64,000 nt of DNA from the human T2T-CHM13v2.0 reference genome, Homo sapiens. The notes under the pieces were generated by a model. It ran no database searches and was not told the DNA's origin. It saw only the letters and a list, made by a program, of their open reading frames with translations. Within the stretch, counting starts at the first letter, position 1. Each line of letters opens with the position of its first letter. Positions 25,276 through 44,194 of the stretch are shown here, one piece after another. The translations under genes were made by a program, and so were the position numbers. The stretch lies in NCBI RefSeq assembly GCF_009914755.1, contig NC_060936.1; one strand, given 5' to 3'.

Positions 25276-25692
25276 TTACCACACGTGCCAAGTGAGATGT
25301 ATATGATGAGAAAGACCATAAAGAAAAAGGTGAGCTGCTCAAAGCCATACAAATGCAGAACAGGACCATTTCAGTTTTTCTCATCAATGTCTTCTCAGCA
25401 CTCAGTAGACATTTAAACTCATTAAGAGCAAAGAGAATAAAATGTTCACAGTAATCAAGAAACATGCAGTCATGGGTCACTACTGGAAGTAGCTAGGGCA
25501 CCAATTCTTTCTAAGAAAATTGGCAACAAATGGCCCTGAATAGGCAATAATTAAACCCGGCCTTTCTTATACAAACTGTATTTCAGGATTAAAAGAGCAG
25601 CCATAACTGACGAGGAAATTTTATTATTTTTTTTACGGAAGAATTCCATTTAATAAATGTTTAAAAGATGACAAATTAGAAACATCATCATT

Positions 25693-26560
<868 letters not shown>

Positions 26561-26649
26561 TAATTTTGCAACCTACAATAAAATAAATGATTTAGGCAGA
26601 GATTATCAATGGGTGAAACCATTAGATGAAATGATGGGGAAGGCTATAA

Positions 26650-26995
<346 letters not shown>

Positions 26996-28149
26996 TACCA
27001 AATCCACAGTTTAATCTCAGTGTTAGCAGAAGGGACAGCCAAACATGGTGTGCCTCCAGGCATGAGACAGTACAGAGCACACAGCACAATCCATTATGTG
27101 TTCTTGCCAAATCAATTTTTTAAATTTGACACCAACATTGGCTACGAGAAACAAAACAATTGAGTTAGCAAATTCCAGAGAAAATGTATAGGCCAGACAG
27201 ACTTCAAAGAAAGAGAACAAAATATGGAGAAACCAGGACAGAAATGTGGAAGGGTGTGCATTCTCCTAACCACAAAAGGGAAACGAGCCAAGAACCTAAG
27301 AAGAATCCAGTTAAGCAGAGTTCAAGGTCAAGACCCCAGACCTATAGTTCGACCCCGGTTACCCTAGCAACAAGATCCCCACTTACATCAAAGGAAGGAA
27401 GCAATGATTAGACGCAGGAACGCTCATGGTGAGTGGCCAATGGCCCAGGGGGCAGTTTAGGAAGAGTTTGAGTGACCGACCACGAACAAGGTCACCAGTG
27501 GGGAGAGGTTGTGGATAAAAGGAGCCTGCATGCTGGAGGGCTTCGGCTGCTCTGACCCGAGGCTCCTCCAGCTGAGCTTGGTCAGATTGCAGCAGGTAAG
27601 ATGCTATCACTCCTCGGTTCCATTCACTGGCACCAGTGCCTGGGATAAACCTCAGACAGGGGAAAGGTGAGGAAGGAAGCTCTCCTTTGCCTGGTACTGC
27701 CCTATGTGAGTTGGGCTGGGTGCACTGGAGTGTTGTGTAGACCTGGAGGGAAGAATCTGGTAAGGAGAGCAGGATATGAGGATCCCAGCAACTCAGCCCA
27801 ACCAGGAGGGTCCCATCCAAGCAACAGTGTCCCACATGCTCATCTTGGATGGAGTTCCTCAAAGAGGTGCCGTATCCAAGCCAGCGTCCCTTGGTTGTAG
27901 GGCCAGGCTAGGAATTGCAGAGGGAAACTCGTCATGTTCCTGAGGGAATGAGGATGTGGGGCTCCAATTGGCAGGGCAGGGAGTTATTGGCAGGAAAAGG
28001 GGAAAAGCTCAGCTTTGGGGCAGGGGTGGTTACAAAATAAGATCCTTTGCCAAGGCTCAGCCAGGAGAAAAAGGCTCACAAAGGGCTTAACTGAAGCCCT
28101 GGCCAGAAGGGAAAAGATCCCAAAGTTGAAAGAGCAAGATAAAAAGGCC

Positions 28150-28827
28150 TTGGCATACCTGTGTCCTGGTTGAGGGTCTTCAGGGTTCTTTAGGGCCCAA
28201 GGCCGAAGGTGGCAGAGTCTACCTAGAACTATGCTTTGTGATGTTCTGGGGAAAGGCTTTCGACTTGTTGGCTATGCTATTCAGTATGGCTATATTGTGC
28301 TTTTGAATACATTGGTGGTGTTGTTATGTGTTCTGGACCACCAACGGAGCCTACCATTCAAAATTCAGATACTGTCTTTGCAGAAAATCTTGGTGTACAT
28401 TTGTACGGTATTCAAAGAGGTGACATTGTGATTGCAAAAAGCCCAAGTGATCCAAAATCAAATATTTGTAAAAAAGTAATTGGAAGGAGACAAAATCCTC
28501 GCCACTAGTCCATCAGATTTCTTTAAAAGCCGTAGTTATGTGCCAGTGGGTCATGTTTGGTTAGAAGGTGATAATCTACAGAATTCTACAGATTCCAGGT
28601 ACTATGGACCTATTCCATATCGACTAATAAGAGGACGAATCTTCTTTAAGATTTGGCCTCTGAGTGATTTTGAGTTTTTACGTGCCAGCTCTAATGGCCA
28701 CAGATTTTCTGATGATTGGTAAGCATTTATTCTTTTGACTTGATTATTGTCTCCTATTCATTTATTACTCCCATTAAAACCATGTACTTACCAATAAACT
28801 ATTTGCTATTCAGAAAAACAAAAAAAG
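28150..28827 (+). pseudogene. IMMP1LP2: Processed pseudogene of IMMP1L (mitochondrial inner membrane peptidase subunit 1)
   Basis: Intronless. Three ORF pieces (28231 MLCDVLGK.., 28326 MCSGPPTEPT.., 28480 EGDKIL..GHVWLEGDN..STDSR.YGP) reproduce IMMP1L with two frameshifts. AATAAA 28793-28798 and A-tail 28813-28827. Symbol number recalled from locus. Confidence 0.93.
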
Positions 28828-29935
<1,108 letters not shown>

Positions 29936-29939
29936 TGGG

Positions 29940-30612
<673 letters not shown>

Positions 30613-30697
30613 TGGGCATTGGCAAACAGTTAGTATTTAAACCATGACACTAGAGAGAGAACCTAGAAAGTGAGTGTAAACAGAGAAGAACAGGCCT

Positions 30698-30866
30698 GGG
30701 CTGGGCAGTGGCTTACACCTATAACCCAGTGCTTTGGGAGACTGAGGCAGGAGGATTGCTTGAGGTCAGGAGCTCAATGCTGCAGTGAGCTCTGATCAAC
30801 CCACTGCACTCTAGCCTGGTCAACAGAGCAAGACCCTGTCTCTAAAAAAGAAAGAAAGGAAAAGAA
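30698..30866 (+). mobile_element. Alu monomer (FRAM-like)
   Basis: Single arm with A-rich tail. Confidence 0.7.
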
Positions 30867-31109
30867 CAGCTCCAGCGACTGAGATCTGGGGTTTCAATTG
30901 CCCCAACCTGTGTCAAACTCTTTTCAAAGACCTCCAAAGTCCCACGTGTTTCTCCTCTCCCCTCTCTTCCTCCCCGATCCAGACAGTCTCTGTGCCCCGG
31001 AGAGGAAGAGGAAGAAAATGGCAGCTCACTCCACAATCCCAGTGCCAGGAGGCCTGAAGCCATGATATGCTACAACGAAAGTACCTTAGAAAAATATTTA
31101 CAAAAAATT

Positions 31110-31590
31110 GGCTGGGCGTGGTGGCTCATGCCTGTAATCTCGGCACTTTGGGAGGCCGAGGCAGGCGGATCACCTGGGGTCAGGAGTTCGAGACCAGCCT
31201 GGCCAACATGCAGGTAGAGACAGTTCAACTCCTGTCTCTACTAAAAATACAAAAATTATCCAGGCATGGTGGTGGGCGCCTGTAATCCCGGCACTTTGGG
31301 AGGCCGAGGCAGGTGGATCACCTGGGGTCAGGAGTTCAAGACCAGCCTGGCCAACATGCAGGTAGAGACAGTTCAACTCCTGTCTCTACTAAAAATACAA
31401 AAATTATCCAGGCATGGTGGTGGGGACCTGAATCCCAGGTACTCCAGAGGCTGAGGCAGGAGAATCACTTGAACCCAGGAGGTGGAGGTTGCAGTAAGCC
31501 AAGATTGTGCCACTCCAGCCTCCAGCCTGGATGACAGAGCAAGACTCCGTCTCAAAAAAAAAAAAAAAAAAGAAAAAAAGAAAAAATTTA
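31110..31590 (+). mobile_element. Three-armed Alu (left-left-right) with a 148-bp internal tandem duplication
   Basis: Near-identical unit at about 31130-31277 and 31278-31425. Confidence 0.9.
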
Positions 31591-32074
31591 CAAAAAATAA
31601 AAATATAAATGAAGCCACAATATACCTGGAGCTCTGGGGATGTGGGGCTCCTGGGACACAGCTGTCACCCAGCACACTGGGCAGGAACAGTCACGCCCAA
31701 TTGCTGGGCTAACAGCCTCCTGGTGAATTAGGAATGAGGACTCGCCTTCGTCTCTGCTTTGTCAAAATTCCTCCAGGAAATGAGTAAGATAAAATTCATC
31801 CCATTCTTGTTCCTCCATGCCCTGCCTCTTCCTTCACTGAGCAGTTTTTCTACTGCAAACACAATGCTCATGTCAGAAAAAAAAGAGACAGAACTACATC
31901 ATTCAACACCTACTGATTAAACGCCAACTTCTGAACACTGACATTTGATGCTTCTGACATGCTCTTGATAGATTCACATTTTACAGAGGGGGAAAGGGAC
32001 TTGGCAGTTGCAGAACTGATTCAAGGCTGCAGAGCTTATAAGAGCCTGGAATTTGATCCAAGCTGGAATTTGAT

Positions 32075-32470
32075 TCTTTCCTATGGTTGCTGTAACAAAT
32101 TACCGGAAACTTAGTGGCTTAAAACAACAAAAATATATATATTCCATTACAGTTCTGGAGGTCAGAAGTCTGAAATGGGCTTCCTTGGCCTTCATTTCCT
32201 CTAAGATTTGTGTCTTGCGTGCTTTTCAGAGATCCACTGCCTATTTGCAGTGAAGCAAGGTATCAATAGAGCTGCTTCCTTCTAGAGGCTCTAGGGGAGA
32301 TCCATTCTTTGCCTCTTCCACCTTCTAAAGGCCACCTGCATTCCTCAGCTTACAGCTGCAATTGCTATAATCTCTGTCTCCATGGTCTCATTGCTTTCTC
32401 CTCCTTATACCTCTGGCTTTGACCACCCCACCTCCCAGCCCCACTTCCTCCCTCTTATAAGGACCCATTC
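32075..32470 (-). mobile_element. MLT1 LTR with a 60-bp insertion
   Basis: gctgtaacaaattacc...cagttctggaggtcagaagtc. Confidence 0.75.
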
Positions 32471-32501
32471 CTAAGGTGTATACCCAGTGAAAATATATAT
32501 C

Positions 32502-32916
32502 TGATATGGCTTGGCTGTGTCCCCACCCAAATCTCATGTCGAATTGTAATCCCCAATGTTGGAGGTAGGGCCTGATGGGAGGTGATTAGATCACGGAAGT
32601 GTTTCTCATGAATAGTTCAGCACCATCCCCTTGGTGCTCTTCTCGTGATAGTGAGTGAGTTCTTCAGAGATCTGGTTATTTAAGAGTGTTTAGCACCTCC
32701 CCTGTCTTGCTCCTGTTCCCACCATGTGAGACACCTCACTCCCTTTTGCCTCCTGCCATGATTGGAAGCTTCCTGAGGTCTCCCCAGAAGCAAAAGCTAC
32801 TATGTTTCCTGTACAGCCTGCAGAACCAGGAGCCAATTAAACCTCTTTTCTTTATTAATTACCCAGCAATTCTCTCGTATTGCTCTGAAGGAATACCTGA
32901 GACTGGGTAATTAATA
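32502..32916 (+). mobile_element. MSTA-like LTR with an inverted 3' terminus
   Basis: tgatatggcttggctgtgtccccacccaaatctc...gagccaattaaacc. Confidence 0.8.
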
Positions 32917-33811
32917 TAATATTTTTAAAAATTTGCACTCACATGTTCATAGGAACTCTATTCATAATAGCCAAAAACTAGAAATGACCCAAATGTTTCA
33001 ACAACAGAGGAACAGAGAAATAAATTGTGGCAAAGATATGCAATGGAATACTACCTAGCAAAAGAGAAGGAACAAATACCAATAACATGGAACAGCATGA
33101 ATGAGTTTTGCAGGCTTAACACTGAGTACAAGGAGCAAGATACAAATGAGTGCAGGCAGCACGATTCCATTCACATGAAGTTCAAGAACAAGCAAACTAC
33201 TTTCTGGTGAAAGCAATCAGATGGTGATTACTGGACAGTGGTCGCTGAGTAGGTGGGGTAAGGTGGTTCTTTTAAGCACATTTTTAGTATTTGCTAATCT
33301 GTCCGTTTGTGCTTCTGGACTTTTAGGTATGTTTGCCATATTTCACACAAGAAAAGCTAAAATTTTACATTTTCTTCATTACCTCTAAGATCTGTGTCTA
33401 GCATGCTTTTCAGAGAGTCACTGCCTATTTGCACTTATCTTTCTGATAACCACCTGCCCGTGTCCTTTGTCCACTTCTCTAGGTTGGTTTCCTTTTACCT
33501 AGATTTGTACAAGCTCTTTCCATATTAAATAATCCAGGCTTTTTAACTAGTGATGCAGGCATTCTCCCCTGGTGCTTTGTTTATACATTCCAGTCATTAA
33601 ATTGTGTGATTTTTTTCCTTTGAGTTTTATGTCATCATTAGAAAGCTCTCCACTTCTGGGACTTCATTTGTTTTTGTTTTTACGTTTTCATCTTTTATCA
33701 GAGATTTTCATGGTTTTGTCTAGAATTTTTTAGTGTAAGAAATCAAATGGAAATTCAGCTTTATTTTATTGTTAAGGCCAGTTACCTTAACATCTTACCA
33801 CTTTCTCATAG

Positions 33812-34164
<353 letters not shown>

Positions 34165-34676
34165 TGAACCTTCTTTTGTGTCACTCATACATGCACCACC
34201 CATTCCTGTACCAGGGTCTTCATGGAAGAAAACTCCAGCTAACTGAACTGTTATCCTGCTATGGAATGTGTCTTTCATACACACACACAGGGACTGACTC
34301 ATGCTTCCTCTTTACCTGGAATATCTTTACCCCGTATCTTAGCAGACACACTCCCATATCTCAAGCATCATGGCAAACACCACCTCCTCTAAGTCTTTCT
34401 TAATCTTCTGAGTGATGTGCACTCTAGGGAAATCTAGCATCTTGGCTTTGGACATATTTCCAAAGCCTATTCCCATGACTATTTCCAAAGACTATGTTGG
34501 TCTGTAGGAAGAGAGTTTTGGATCTACCAATAAATCAACTGACATCTCAATGGTTATTGAAGGAGAGTCCATCAGTCTGCAGGTAACCCATGCTAAGATA
34601 GAGCTAGAATGAGAACAAGAACTGACAGTTGTATAACTTTGCTGGTTGCTAAAGTATTAAAGTATTGTATGATATG

Positions 34677-35098
34677 GTGTTTTGGTCCATTCTCACATTG
34701 CTATAAATAAATACTTGAGACTGGGCAGTTTATAAAGAAAAGATGCTTAATTGGCTCACAGTTCTGCAAGCTGTACAGGAAGCATGGCAACATCTGCTTC
34801 TGGGGAGGCCTCAGGAAGCTTCCAATTATGGTGGAAGGCAAAGGGTGAACAGACAAATCACATGGCGAAAGCAGGAGCAAGAGAATGAGGGCAGGAGGTG
34901 CTACACACTTTTAAAGAACCAGATCTCATGAGAACTCATGCACTATTGTGAGAACAGTACCAAGGGGAATGGTGCCAAACCATTCATGGGAAATCCACCT
35001 CCATGATCCAATCACTGCCCACCAGGCCCGACCTCCAACATTGGAGATTACATTTCAATGTGAGATTTGGGTGGGAACACACATCCAAACTATCTCAT
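34677..35098 (-). mobile_element. MST (MaLR) LTR
   Basis: ttgctataaa...ttaattggctcacagttctgc...ttcaatgtgagatttgg. Confidence 0.8.
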
Positions 35099-35159
35099 AT
35101 GCCATGGTGCATTTGCTCTAGGTTTTAAGTTTCTTGAGAGTAGAAATGAAATACGTCTT

Positions 35160-36620
<1,461 letters not shown>

Positions 36621-37312
36621 GACCTTGTATTCATGTATTTAGTCACTGACATCCACGGAGATTGGTCAACAGAAGGAACTTGGAATATCCAGTAAACTAT
36701 AATAATGCTATTTGCCTCCTGTCCCAAAGTGCTAACTGAGAAAAACAACGCCAGATATTTGACTAGGTTTGTTCATCCAAAACACGCCTAGCTGTGATGT
36801 GTTTCTTTGCGTGCAATGACCAAGTTGAGTCTTACAAGGTGAAATTTAATGGTGTCTATAATCCCCACTGTTCCAGCTATTCAGAAGTCCCTCTCTGTTT
36901 GATGCTTAATAATAATACCGCAAGCAGTTACCATTTCCCAAACTGTCTGTGTGTACCGGACCCCTAGGAGACATTAGTTCCTTTAGTCCTCACAACAGCT
37001 CCCTGAGTTTCATACCCCCAGAGCAGAGCTCATAGAGGCCACGGGCATAGACTCTGAAGCAGGGCTGTCCAACAGGACTTTCTGCAATGATGAGAATGTT
37101 CCAGATCTACAGTGTCCAACTCCGTACCCAACAGCCACATTGGCTACTGAGCACATGAGATGCATGCCTGAGAAAATGAATTTTAAATTGTATTTAATTT
37201 TAATTAATTTAAACTTAAATGGCCTCCAAATCTAAATCCCAGCTCTGTCACTTACTGAGTGGGCTTGGGCAAAGTACTGCACCTCACTAGCCTGGCTTTC
37301 CTTTCTGTTAAA

Positions 37313-38072
<760 letters not shown>

Positions 38073-38094
38073 GTAAGATAAGAATTATAAGGAT

Positions 38095-38395
38095 TGGCCA
38101 AGCGTTGTGGTTCGCACCTGTAATCCCAGCACTTTGGCAAGCTGAGATCAGAGGATTGCTTGAGGCCAGGAGTTCGAGACCAGCCTGAGCAATATAGTGA
38201 GACTCCCTTGTCTTTACAAAAAAATTAGCCAGATGTGGTGACATGTGGCATGCACCTGTAGTCCCAGCTACTCAGGAGGCTGAGTCAGGAGGATTGCTTG
38301 AGCCCAGGACTTCAAGGCTGCAGTGAGCTATGATTGTGCCACTGAACTCCAGCCTGGATGACAGAGCAAGATCCTATCTTTAAAAAAAAGAAAAA
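38095..38395 (+). mobile_element. Alu (J-like) within MIR
   Basis: Alu consensus. Confidence 0.85.
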
Positions 38396-38926
38396 GTATA
38401 AGAACTTACTTCCAGGGATTGTTGTGAGAGTTAATTAACAGATATGCAAAGCACATGGCATAGTGCCCAGCACCTAGTAAGTGATCACTAATAGTCACTA
38501 ATGTTATTATCATTACTGATGAGCAGGCTGAGCTCAAAGCAGAAGGAACTTGCCAAGGCCACAGAGCCAGGAAATAGGAGAACTAGGTCTCAAACTCGGT
38601 TCTATCTGATGCCAGGGACACTGTTCTGCTCTGCTACCTTCCTTCCTTCTTCCCTACCTGTAATAGGAGACCCCTAATCCCTATTTGGAGCAGATAGATG
38701 GCACACAGTGGGAAGAGCACCAACCCACTGCCACCTTCCAAGTCTGTCTCTTCCCAGTAAGGAATCTTAGCACATGGATTCCAGGTATTATTCTGGGCCT
38801 AGATAAAAAAACTAAATGTCCTATCATGGAAGTCTCTTAAGGAGCACCAGAAGACAGGAATGGAAACATTCACTGGCTTAAACACCTGGTTCCTTGGCAT
38901 TCCCAGAGATGAAGCTAATGTCCTAT

Positions 38927-39398
38927 TGATGCAGGACAGGTGAGCCCCAAAACTGGGGCTTAGCCCAGGAGGGTTCTTGGCTTCACCCAGGAAAGAATTC
39001 AAGGGCTAGCCAGTGGTGTTAGATAGCGACTTTTATTGAAGCAGCAGTGTACAGCAGCAGCAGAGGTCCTGCTCCTTGCAGAAGAGGGCTACCTCACAGG
39101 CAGTATGCCCAGAGTAGCAACTCAAGGGCAGTTCTGCATTCATGTTTATGCCCATTTTTAATTATATGCAAATTAAGGGGCAGATTATGCAGAAATTTTT
39201 AGAAAAAGAGGGGTAACTTCTGGGTTGTTGGGTCATTGCCTTAGAAAGGGGTGGTAACTTCCAGGTGTTGCCGTGGCAATGGCACAGGTGGGCGTGTCTT
39301 ATGGAAAGGTGCTTTTGCCTCTTCCCTGTTTCAGCTATCCTTCAATCTGGTCCAGAGTCGGAGTCTGCCTCCAGCAACCAGTCCCACTTCCTACCTCA
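38927..39398 (-). mobile_element. MER66-like solo LTR
   Basis: tgatgcaggacagg...cccacttcctacctca; reverse complement of the 44.9-46.1 kb LTR. Confidence 0.6.
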
Positions 39399-39655
39399 CT
39401 ACTGACTCCAGAGAGTGCCCGAACCTCTGGCTGTCTCATCTTGGCCAGTCAAGTTAGACACAACCACGCCTGTTTCTGTCAGGAATGCTTGAGTCCACCA
39501 CATAACCAATTCCACTGCAAAAGCTGGGGTTGATTTCTGGCCAGGAGCCCCCAAAGATGTCTTATCCTCAGTTAACCTAAACACACTGTTTGGGCAACTC
39601 ATACACAAAAATACTACCAAGAGAAACGAGGCATCTGACGAAACCAGATTACTTC

Positions 39656-39966
39656 TTTATTTTTTTTTTATTTTTTATTTTTTGGAAATGGATTCTTACT
39701 CTGTCACCAGGTTTGGATTGCAGTGGTGTGATCTCGGCTCACCACAACCTCCACCTCCCAGGTTAAAGCAATCCTCCCACCTCAGCCTCCCGAGTAGCTG
39801 GAATTACAGGCATGCACCACCATGCCTGATTAATTTTTGTATTTTTAGTAGAGACAGGATTTCACCATGTTGGCCAGGCTGGTCTCTAACTCCTGATCTC
39901 AAGTGATCCTCCCACCTCATCCTCCCAAAGTGCTGGGATTACAGGTGTGACCCACCACACCCAGCC
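39656..39966 (-). mobile_element. Alu
   Basis: Antisense Alu. Confidence 0.9.
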
Positions 39967-40239
39967 AAAACCAGACTGCTTCTCGCCATCACATAAGGCC
40001 ATTCCTGAGAAGGAAATAAGGAGCCCGTCCTCAAATGCCACATAGCCTCTCCTCTCTGAGGGGGGGAACATTAGCACCTCCCAGGAAATCAAGCTTTAGA
40101 CTAACACAATTCAGCAGGACAGCCAATATGATCGTTGGAGCTGAAGAACTTTTCATCTGATGTGCCTCAATAATCAAGAAAGTCATTGGGTGCAGACAGG
40201 AATTCCGTCCCCACCCTGCCATGAAGAATCTCGGCCTCC

Positions 40240-40860
40240 ATTTTTTTAACTGGCAAAGACAAATTGTATATATTTATGATGTACACCATGATGTTCTTAA
40301 ATATGTATACATTGTGGAACACTAAATCAAACTATTTAACATAAGCATTACCATACATACTGATATGGTTTGGCTCTGTATCCCCACCCAAATCTCATGT
40401 CTAATTGTAATTCCCAATGTTGGGGGAGGTACCTGGTGGAAGGGGATTCGGTCATGGGGCAGGATTTCCCCTTGCTGTTCTCGTGACAGTGAATGAGTTC
40501 TCACGTCTGGTTGTTTGACAGAGTGTAGCATTTCCCCCTTCACTCTCTGTCTCCTGCTCCACCGTGGAAAGACATGCTTGCTTCCCCTTTGCCTTCTGCC
40601 ATGACTGTAAGTTTCCCAAGGCCTCCCAGCCATGCTTCCTATACAACCTGCAGAACTGTGAGACAATTAAACCTCCTTTCTTCATAAATTACCCAGTCTC
40701 AAGTAGTTCTTTATAGCAGTGGAAGAACAGACTAATACACATATTTTTTTTTGTGGTGAGAACACTTAATATCTACTCTCTGAGCAATTTTCAAGTACAC
40801 AATACATTGTTATTAACTATGGTCACCATGTTGGACAATAGTTCTCTTGAACTTATACCT
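40240..40860. mobile_element. Minus-strand L1MA 3' end split by a sense MSTA LTR (40361-40739)
   Basis: aattgtatatatttatg...gtggtgagaacactta flanks; MST termini tgatatgg...actaataca. Confidence 0.75.
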
Positions 40861-41382
40861 TCTTGGCCTCCATGTTCTAGTTTCTAAAATGAGAGTGTTA
40901 CATTAACAGGATACCTAAGTTCCCTCCCAGTGCTAAAACGTTAAGTACAGAAGAAGAGAATTATATAGTAATCCCTAAAAGTATTTTAAACCACTATTAG
41001 AATTTCCTTTTATACAATAATGATGCAATAGGAAAATGAGTGTAATTCTGTCTTTCATTGTAATAGCCTAATTAAAAAGAAAACAACACTGAATGTAACA
41101 AAATTAACTGCTCTGGGTTTGGTGGGCAGGATGAACAAACACAGTGAGAAGGGGTGAAGGGTAAAGGCGCTCTCTCTGATCACAATGAGACGACAACGGT
41201 GGCTCCATCCATCATCGTGCAGGGGCTCAGAGAAGTGAGAGGAGCCCCAGGGCCAAGGGCTTAAACTTTCTGAGCTTTGAATCACTTGGGCAAACCACTC
41301 ATCCTCCTTGCCTCCCAAAAACTGCTTCTCCACAACCATGAAAACTTCAGCGCTACCATGGATTTAAAAAAAAAAAAATAGG

Positions 41383-41676
41383 GGGCCAGGCACAGTGGCT
41401 CACACCTGTAGTGCCAGCACTTTGGGAGGCCGAGGTAGAAGGATCACTTGAGGCCAGGAGTTCAAGATCAGCCTGGGCAACTGAGCAAGATCCCATCTCT
41501 ACAAAATATTGAAAAATTAGCTGAGCATGGTTGTGCACTGCTATAGTCCCAGATACTTGGGAGGCTGAGGTGGGAGGATTGTTCAAGCCTGGGAGGTGAA
41601 GGCTTTTGTGAGCTATGATCACACCACTATACTCTAGCTCAGATGACAGAGCAAGACCCTGTCTCAAAAAAAAAAA
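41383..41676 (+). mobile_element. Alu (J-like)
   Basis: Alu consensus. Confidence 0.85.
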
Positions 41677-42337
41677 TTATAAAAGATCCTTCCACCTAGT
41701 AATGTTTAATACTGAGTAGCTGGCAACACTTGTCTGGGTATCAAGAGTGACTTGAGATAGGTAGGGGGGTGGGCAGAGTTTGGGGGTCCTGAGATAACAG
41801 GACCAGTGCTCTGAGGCAGTGCCCTGGGAAGGACTGACAGCCTGGCACCCCCACAATGTGCCCCTGAACAAGGGATTTCAGCCTGGACAAAGGGGCCCGT
41901 GCCCCAGGCAGCAAAAAGAAACAGCTGAGGACCACCCTGGTGCCATTTGATTGGAACAGTGGACATTCCAGTGGAACCCAAGTTCAGAGATGGCCAGTGA
42001 CTAGGGTCTCAGCCCCTCCTTGGCACTGCTGGAGATCCCTTCACCAGGGAAGAAAGCCCCAAAAACCACCAAGGTGGAATTTTCCACTCTACATGGATGG
42101 GAGCCTGAAAACAAAACTAGGCTGATTCAAAGAAAATAAAGGCATGCGTTACGTCCAGCACACCTGAGTTTGTGGGCTGTGAGATATTCTCACGCCCATT
42201 CTACAGGGGCCCCTTCTGTTCTTTCCTACTTGGTGGCCGGTGGGACTTGCTAAAACTCCTCACTTTTAATATCTTCGTCCTTAAAGCTGGATCTTCTAGA
42301 GGGATTGAAGAAGGATAGACCATTCAATCCAATCTTC

Positions 42338-43113
<776 letters not shown>

Positions 43114-44194
43114 GATGGTCAGCAAGTCGGTGGCTGAGCTAGGACTTGAACCCAGGTCTCGCACTCTACCCTTGAATTCACTTCTTTTTCGGCTTCTACT
43201 CTTATCTCCATGGCCACTTATCTCAATGATCCAGTGGGTTTTGCTGGTTGTTACATACTTGCTGTGCACTAGAGCTCTCTCTATGGAACACTTTTGTCCA
43301 TTCCACAGGGAACGTTTCTAAGATTCTAACGTTTCTAAGGCAGGGGATGTTTCTTTGACGGGAGATTGCAATTGTTGAGCACGTTGTCATGTAAAATAGC
43401 TTTCCATGAGCGGACATAGGGAGGAAGACAGAGAAGTTCTTTGCTGTCCCTAATTTCCCCTTGCTTTCTCCATGCTCACTATTAAAGGAAAACACTGGTT
43501 TCAAACAGTTTCATGTGTCATCTTACTTCAAGCATGACAGCCCACCTGCACAGGGTGGTTGCACATCCGTGGTCAGTATCCCCGGCCTGCCAAGCGTGCA
43601 AGTCCACAGGGTGGCGTCTGTCCTGCTCACGCCTCCTCCTCCTCTCTCTCTCTCTCCATCTCCTCGCCCCATCTCCCTCCTTTTCTCTCTTTGTGCCTGA
43701 TTTTTTTCTTCTACTCCTGTACTCTTGGCTCAGGGTGGCTCTGCTCTTGCTGCCATCTTGTGGTATTAGAGAGAATTAAATTAGCCTGAGCAGGAAACAG
43801 AAAAGTCCTAGAATATGGTTAAGTACCGTTAAAGCCACTGTAATGTGATTAGGGAAGGGAGGTCCATTCTGAATCCTGATGCACATAACCAGGGCATCTT
43901 TAAGCACTTGAGTGTTTCCACATCCTGTGCATTCACTACTCACTAGGAGTGAATTATTCTTCTAATTATTCACAAATTATTCACAAATTATTCTTCTAAT
44001 TTGGCTTCCTACAAATTCAGGGACACTGGATGGGCTCTACCAAATTAACCCACTGTGGTATTTTGCTATGTATTCGAAAGACAGGTCTTCCCTATGGACC
44101 TCAAATTTGACCATTACGGATGGATTCACATCTTGGAGTTCTGAAGACAGTCCTATTTTTAAGAATTACCTCCTAAGGTGTTAATAAGGTCCTT

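Noticed and set aside
27383-27862. 159-aa minus-strand ORF with a faint integrase-like TGDLV word
   Set aside because: No recognisable domain or supporting frames; would need tBLASTn or HMM evidence
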